From positions 1 through 32,000 of the forward strand of contig SHMX01000007.1 in NCBI GenBank assembly GCA_008080745.1: a stretch of 32,000 nucleotides of DNA, in the 5' to 3' direction. Shown in pieces: positions 26,907 through 32,000 of this stretch. The DNA comes from Candidatus Thorarchaeota archaeon (lineage in GTDB: Archaea > Asgardarchaeota > Thorarchaeia > Thorarchaeales > Thorarchaeaceae). The stretch's first letter is position 1; each line of letters opens with the position of its first letter. The notes beneath the pieces were generated by a model that saw only the letters and a list, made by a program, of their open reading frames with translations, was not told the DNA's origin and searched no databases. The translations under genes were made by a program, and so were the position numbers.

Positions 26907-27860
26907 ATGAGCACAAAGCCACATAGAACAAAACTAGATGATAGGTTAGGGACCTTTTTCACATCAGTCAGTGCGGCTTCTATTGTTGCGGTTTCACTCT
27001 ATCTTGTATTCTTTCTGGGCTATCTTCTGACCCATCCTGACCTCATTACTGCGCTACAAGACTCTTTGATTCAACGACGATTCATTGAATTACAACATGT
27101 GTTAGAACAGATTGATGCAGGAGTCATGAGTGTTAGCGGATGGGTTCGTCTTGCATTGGGGCTGGGGCTTCTATTAGTTTCACTTGTATTTGTATTGAAT
27201 ACAGGTGGTATTGTATTTTCAGTATTCATACACAGTCCCTTTAGTGCCGGAGGCACTCCTACCGTCAGTTGGTGGAGGCTAAGCCTTTCTCGGAGCTACT
27301 TGACAATTCGTTTACTCTTCTTCATTTCCGCATACAAAGCTGCGGGAGTCCGAGCCTTTTCTATACTTGAGCAGTTCTTTCCAGGAAATGAATTATTATC
27401 TGTAGGCTTCTTTCTGAGTAGTTCTCTGAGTTTTGGAACGATGATTGTGCTTGCTAGCGTAATCAAAGTTGTCGTGTACGAAGTGGGACGATACGAAGTT
27501 ATGGTTAATGAAAACCGAGCGAGTGTACTCGAGGCTCTGGGCGAATATTTGAAACGTTGGAAAAATGAGATGATTATTCTTGAAGAGGGTACTTTCTCTG
27601 AAGATCAAGGATATGTCAAGGCAAAACTTGAGGACGCTACACGGGATATGCGCTCCAATATTCGGTTATTAGAGCGTGCAAGGAGCGACTTGACCCGCCT
27701 ATCTTCGCCAAATCAAATCATCAGAAAATTATTTCTTACATTTGTGGGGGTTGTGGTCCTTCAGATTGTGACCGATATCATATTGGTAATTGGTTGGGGT
27801 ACAATTCTGGAATTTGTGATTGGACTTGCAACTCATCTGAATTGGAGCTGGGTGATGTAA
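26907..27860 (+). CDS. Hypothetical polytopic membrane protein (about 5-6 TM) with a soluble helical/coiled-coil loop
   Basis: Several hydrophobic stretches, with a charged heptad-like loop (VKAKLEDATRDMRSNIRLLERARSDL) before the last TM segments. Confidence 0.7.
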   Translation: MSTKPHRTKLDDRLGTFFTSVSAASIVAVSLYLVFFLGYLLTHPDLITALQDSLIQRRFIELQHVLEQIDAGVMSVSGWVRLALGLGLLLVSLVFVLNTGGIVFSVFIHSPFSAGGTPTVSWWRLSLSRSYLTIRLLFFISAYKAAGVRAFSILEQFFPGNELLSVGFFLSSSLSFGTMIVLASVIKVVVYEVGRYEVMVNENRASVLEALGEYLKRWKNEMIILEEGTFSEDQGYVKAKLEDATRDMRSNIRLLERARSDLTRLSSPNQIIRKLFLTFVGVVVLQIVTDIILVIGWGTILEFVIGLATHLNWSWVM

Positions 27861-27861
27861 T

Positions 27862-28923
27862 ATGAATAAACCAAAGACGATAATCGTGACGAGTAACAAA
27901 GGCGGAAGTGGTAAGAGCCCAATGTCTATCAATCTTGCAGCTTGGGCGTTATCTAGACCTAAACCTTGGAAGGTCTTAGCAATAGATATCAATCATACCA
28001 ATCAAGATTTCTTCCAGGCCCTGCAGCATCTCCAGTTTTCAGACGAACGCAAGTTTGAAACCGCTTTCTCTTTGGACAAAGTCGGTACTGCTTACTATCT
28101 TCCTCTAAGCGATTCCCTTCATCTTGTTCGCCCCCGTGAATTTCTCCCGTTATCTCCAACTCAGACTACTGAAATCATAGCAAAATCTGATTCAGCATAT
28201 GCCAAACAGACTGGTAGTGCACTGTTCGAACCAGATCTAATAGTTGTAGATGGCAATTATTGTTTCCCAAGTTATCGAGTTAATCCAAATGAAAGGTTAG
28301 AAATTCCTCCATACATCTTCATGAACATCTGGAGTATCACAAGTCCTCACGAGTTACGATTACCTACAGCATACAGAAAAACAATTCAGACCTACAGAGA
28401 TGTCTTCGATTGTCCTGATTGGGACAGTACACATTTTATCAACGTCTTCTCAGTTTTGGAGAAGGAGCGAAAGCTGACCTCTGAATTTCAACGATTAGTA
28501 AGTCTTCAGAGATCAGTCTATGATGTTCCAGGATCAGATGATTTGGCAGGACTCTATAAGAAAATCGTACGCAATTCTGATACAAAAGAAGAGGGATTCT
28601 CATTTGATGCTGTTCAGAATGAGATTTTCTCCCCTATTCTAGCCGAGCTAGAATCACTAATGGTTGAGGATCCAAAGGCTTACTCAGAGGATGTCATCAA
28701 TGCACGCTGGGTTGAGAGAGTAAATATCTTTTTGACTCGACATAAAGTATTCCCAGTTAATGTACTACCCTTCCCACATTACTATCCGTTCCTGAGAAAA
28801 GCAGTAGTTGACATGATTCTGCGAGAACGCTTTGACTTGGAGTTTGTCAGAAAGCTGTTTGGTGACTTCTACAAATGGATGTCTATGTATCTTGACCGGT
28901 TCTTCGCTTATCATATCCGATAA
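27862..28923 (+). CDS. ParA/MinD-like (SIMIBI) P-loop NTPase, divergent
   Basis: Deviant Walker A TSNKGGSGKS, VLAID (Walker A'), DLIVVDG (Walker B), and a long unassigned C-terminus. Confidence 0.75.
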   Translation: MNKPKTIIVTSNKGGSGKSPMSINLAAWALSRPKPWKVLAIDINHTNQDFFQALQHLQFSDERKFETAFSLDKVGTAYYLPLSDSLHLVRPREFLPLSPTQTTEIIAKSDSAYAKQTGSALFEPDLIVVDGNYCFPSYRVNPNERLEIPPYIFMNIWSITSPHELRLPTAYRKTIQTYRDVFDCPDWDSTHFINVFSVLEKERKLTSEFQRLVSLQRSVYDVPGSDDLAGLYKKIVRNSDTKEEGFSFDAVQNEIFSPILAELESLMVEDPKAYSEDVINARWVERVNIFLTRHKVFPVNVLPFPHYYPFLRKAVVDMILRERFDLEFVRKLFGDFYKWMSMYLDRFFAYHIR

Positions 28924-28931
28924 CTGGTAGA

Positions 28932-29576
28932 TTACGGATAACACAGCTCCCAAGTAGGATGGAATGAATGTATCATCTCCATAATCTCGATGTATCCCTC
29001 TTCTGAGAAATACTGTTTTGGACAATATCGGGTGTTGTCTTGAATAACATCAAAGTGGATATGTGCTCCATCACCAATATTGAGAAAGTTCGCAATCTTC
29101 TCCCCCGTATCTACCCAATCCCCCACTTCAATATCAAACATTGCTAGTTGTCTATCCTTTTCTGCTTCGTTCTGGGTCCAAGGTTCAAAATTATAGCCTA
29201 ATTCAACAGTCGCATTGAATCTAATTGTAATCCTAATGTGGAATCGATTATCCTCGCTCTCTCCGTAATCCGTCCACTCTATATTAGTAACATGTCCCGG
29301 AGCAGCTGCTATCACTACGGAATTGTTAGCAAGGAAGTAATCTATGCCATTATGCTCGAAACCCCATGGACAGTTATCTGATTCGCTATATCCTTCATTG
29401 AAGGCAATATTGTCTGATCGGTTCTCGTAAATCACATTCATGTAATCCAGCTTTGTTGAATCATATCTTCCTCCAGAGTCGAAAAGTATACCAGTCCTAC
29501 TTTGTAGAACGAAGAGGACTACACCTGAGAATACAATGATTATGATAAACAATAAAGCTGCAGTCTTTTTATTCAT
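28932..29576 (-). CDS. M23 family metallopeptidase with an N-terminal membrane anchor
   Basis: HNGID (HxxxD), VIAAAPGHV, VEVGDWV-like segment (IEVGDWVDTGEKI), HIHFDV (HxH), and an N-terminal TM helix. Confidence 0.8.
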   Translation of the reverse strand: MNKKTAALLFIIIIVFSGVVLFVLQSRTGILFDSGGRYDSTKLDYMNVIYENRSDNIAFNEGYSESDNCPWGFEHNGIDYFLANNSVVIAAAPGHVTNIEWTDYGESEDNRFHIRITIRFNATVELGYNFEPWTQNEAEKDRQLAMFDIEVGDWVDTGEKIANFLNIGDGAHIHFDVIQDNTRYCPKQYFSEEGYIEIMEMIHSFHPTWELCYP

Positions 29577-29612
29577 AATCGAAGATAGCTTTTGAATCTA
29601 AAATGAGTTTCG

Positions 29613-29659
29613 AAAAAAAGCTGGTACCTTTGTTCACAAATTTCTCAATGAACAAAGGT
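29613..29659 (-). terminator. Hairpin plus U7 tract after the large surface-protein gene
   Basis: 11-bp perfect inverted repeat ACCTTTGTTCA (29626-29636) / TGAACAAAGGT (29649-29659) with a 12-nt loop. On the minus strand it is followed by T7 (A7 at 29613-29619). Confidence 0.65.
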
Positions 29660-29670
29660 CTTACTAAATT

Positions 29671-32000
29671 CTAACTGCTAGTCTGTTTTGGACGGATAAC
29701 AACAAAGTAAACTACCACCAGAGCAATAGCCAATAGAGCTCCAACCAATATCAGAACCGTAGGATCTAATGGAGTTTGTTCTGGTGTTGTGGGTGTTGTT
29801 GTAGTAGTTGAGGTGGTCTCTGTTGCTTGATTGTCCACTGTGAGGATGTAAAGAACCTCTGCTGAGTTTCCTGCTTGGTCGAAGGTCTTAGCGACAATGA
29901 CATGATTTCCATCGTCTTCATTTGCAGTTTCCCAGGTAAACGAGAACGCAGCAGATGTATCGTTTGAAACCAGTACATCATCAACATAGAACTCTACTCG
30001 AACGATATCTGAACCCGTACCGTCAACCGTTGCAATCAGACTGACATCGCCACTGACTGTCGACTCATTTGTAATCGAGTTCAAGACTATTGTTGGCGCA
30101 ACAGTATCTACTACGGTATATGTGTGATAATCTGTTCCGTCACTTGAGGAGGAAACCTTTTCAAAGGTATCATTGGCTACTACCCGATATTCTATCTCGG
30201 AGTTCCAAGTCTGGAATGGAATAGTTGCTGTGTAATTTGAAGCGACTGTTTCAGTCATAACAACTCCAGACCATGTTCCACCATCAACTCTGTATTCTAG
30301 CCAGACGGTGTCAAGAGCCGAATCCTCAACTAGAGCATAGACATCAACATTCTCATCCGGATTGGGCTCTAACGGTGTTTGTTTCACATCACTGATGATT
30401 GGTGCAGAACCCTCATAGAGATAGAAGTCATCAAAGATAATCTCCAGTTTCCCACCAGCATCCGTATCTCCCTCTATTGCAACATAATCGATTGATATCG
30501 GAGACTCTTCAAATGTGTCATAGAAATCCTGGTATAGATTAATCTGGGTGTTTATCCAAGTACCAGTCTGATTTGCTTCTGGTAACATGATATATGCATC
30601 ACCCTCACCACCATATGTTGAACTTCGTCCTGTTGCAAGTACATAGTAGATATTGTAATCATAGAAGCTAACGTAGATTAGGATTTCATCATTCTCAAGT
30701 GCTGAGAAGTCATCAAGGTACCAATTGAAATCTAGATAGAGTTCAGTTGTTGAGTTCAGAGCTCTCTCCTTGAGTTCTTGATCCATCCATATAGCGGTGT
30801 TATCCGTTAGTGTGAGATTTGCAGCTTTGTTTCCAGAATAGGCAAAGTCTGTGACTAGCAGATTTGGATCCTCATCTATTCCGCTTGTTCCCCACGAACG
30901 TATAGGTGTACCAACATCAAGCTGGTCTTCATAATCTCGGTCATTTAGAGCTGAAGCCATTAACCTCATGTCATCCATTAGGAATACTAATCTACTGCCG
31001 GGCTCTCTGCATTCCATATGGATTTCTATATGCTCAATTACTAACTCTGTAGTTGTATTCAGAGCTGTCACGTCCTCCCAGATACTTCTATTGAAATAGT
31101 TCCAAGTACCTGTAGAATTGAAATCGTCTACATGAATTGCATTATATCCCTCATATTGGATTGGCGCAGAAGTACCCACATAACAGAACCAGTAGAAGAG
31201 ATGGAATTCGTGGGTGTTATTTGCCATTTCTATCTGCATGTAAATATAACTATCCACATCTGGGACTTGCCAATCATCTATCTTCCACGGGAACTCGAGT
31301 CGATCTTGATTGTCGCTGGTTAATCGAATAGTAGGACCGAACGAGATTTCTGCATTACTCTCATTTCCTCGGGATAGAGTAGTCATGTTAATGGCCCAAT
31401 TCCCTTCCTGTTTCTCTGTCGTTTGAGAAATATCTCCAGGGTCTCTATCTGCTGTTGAATACCATGTACCAGATCCTTCGAAATTACCATTATTCACACT
31501 ACCACCAATTCTTACTGTGCCGTTTACCAAATAGAAGTCATCAACAAAGACTCGACTGTAAGCTGATTCTTCTGTCTGAAGATAGAAATACATAGTTGTG
31601 AACGCTGATGGATATGCTCCAAAGACTTCGAAGAAATCTTCTGTGATATTACGGTTGAAAGAGTTCCACTGGTCTAGTGGACTGTCTAAGTTGAAATATG
31701 CGTAGGAAGTACTATTCGAACTGATACTTGCTCCCTTCATGTAATAGTGCAAGTATTTTGAAGCAAAACCTTCTTTCATCCTTAGCTCAAGGTGGAAGAA
31801 ATTGACCTCTGAAGGATTCCAAATTGCATCCAAGAAGTAATCAAAACTAATCGTGAGATTTGTAGGATTATCCCATTGAGACTGTGGATTTGGATTTAAT
31901 TGTGCCTCTGAGTGATGGTATTCATCAACAGCCTTGACTTGCATACCAAAGGATTTGCTTCCCTCATTGACTGGCCACGGATTAGATGCATACCACGTGA
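29671..32000 (-). CDS. Large membrane-anchored surface glycoprotein with tandem CBM-like beta-sandwich repeats and Ig-like domains; 5'-partial
   Basis: The frame is open from the window edge (TWYASNPWPVNEGSKSFG-MQVK). It has three repeats ending in DD[FM][YR]L, two Ig-like domains (DTVAP...DGNHVIVAKTFDQAGN), a Thr-rich linker, a C-terminal TM helix and many N-x-S/T sequons. Confidence 0.8.
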   Translation of the reverse strand, partial: TWYASNPWPVNEGSKSFGMQVKAVDEYHHSEAQLNPNPQSQWDNPTNLTISFDYFLDAIWNPSEVNFFHLELRMKEGFASKYLHYYMKGASISSNSTSYAYFNLDSPLDQWNSFNRNITEDFFEVFGAYPSAFTTMYFYLQTEESAYSRVFVDDFYLVNGTVRIGGSVNNGNFEGSGTWYSTADRDPGDISQTTEKQEGNWAINMTTLSRGNESNAEISFGPTIRLTSDNQDRLEFPWKIDDWQVPDVDSYIYMQIEMANNTHEFHLFYWFCYVGTSAPIQYEGYNAIHVDDFNSTGTWNYFNRSIWEDVTALNTTTELVIEHIEIHMECREPGSRLVFLMDDMRLMASALNDRDYEDQLDVGTPIRSWGTSGIDEDPNLLVTDFAYSGNKAANLTLTDNTAIWMDQELKERALNSTTELYLDFNWYLDDFSALENDEILIYVSFYDYNIYYVLATGRSSTYGGEGDAYIMLPEANQTGTWINTQINLYQDFYDTFEESPISIDYVAIEGDTDAGGKLEIIFDDFYLYEGSAPIISDVKQTPLEPNPDENVDVYALVEDSALDTVWLEYRVDGGTWSGVVMTETVASNYTATIPFQTWNSEIEYRVVANDTFEKVSSSSDGTDYHTYTVVDTVAPTIVLNSITNESTVSGDVSLIATVDGTGSDIVRVEFYVDDVLVSNDTSAAFSFTWETANEDDGNHVIVAKTFDQAGNSAEVLYILTVDNQATETTSTTTTTPTTPEQTPLDPTVLILVGALLAIALVVVYFVVIRPKQTSS

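Noticed and set aside
26864-26926. 20-codon upstream ORF (MSQASKSRHHRGRPDEHKAT) overlapping the membrane-protein start, or a frameshifted N-terminus
   Set aside because: No convincing slippery site or RBS evidence, and short ORFs like this arise by chance.
667-31331. Many short antisense or alternate-frame ORFs in the track (e.g. 2874..3146, 9910..10434, 24851..25315, 18096..18446)
   Set aside because: They lie fully within well-supported genes, have no recognisable motifs and show shadow-ORF composition.
1-32000. tRNA, rRNA or CRISPR arrays
   Set aside because: No cloverleaf, rRNA-like segment or regularly spaced direct repeats were seen, and intergenic gaps are mostly under 250 bp.

Overview
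Gene-dense archaeal window, inferred to be Asgard and possibly Thorarchaeota-like, based on a Rab-like GTPase, a gelsolin-domain protein and beta-helix surface proteins. It opens with the 3' end of an IS110 transposase whose right end appears to interrupt the first of three tandem TrmB-like paralogues. Next come a DHH phosphoesterase, iorAB, and a 769-aa fusion of a 7-blade FG-GAP beta-propeller, an Ig-like domain, an acidic linker and a Rab-like GTPase; this BBSome/coat-like architecture is the top finding. The middle holds a split SsuABC/TauABC-type ABC transporter, a divergent Alba, three tandem beta-helix surface proteins, porGDAB, thyX, a GDPD and a radical SAM enzyme. A 45-aa 4-Cys protein is flanked by a promoter palindrome and two mutually exclusive hairpins. 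The last third holds a stand-alone Lrp/AsnC RAM domain, a gelsolin-like protein with a proline-rich linker, a GNAT, galT-galK, a membrane protein plus ParA/MinD-like ATPase pair, a membrane-anchored M23 peptidase, and a large surface glycoprotein cut by the window end. I saw no tRNA, rRNA or CRISPR array. All assignments come from reading motifs by eye; no database search was run.
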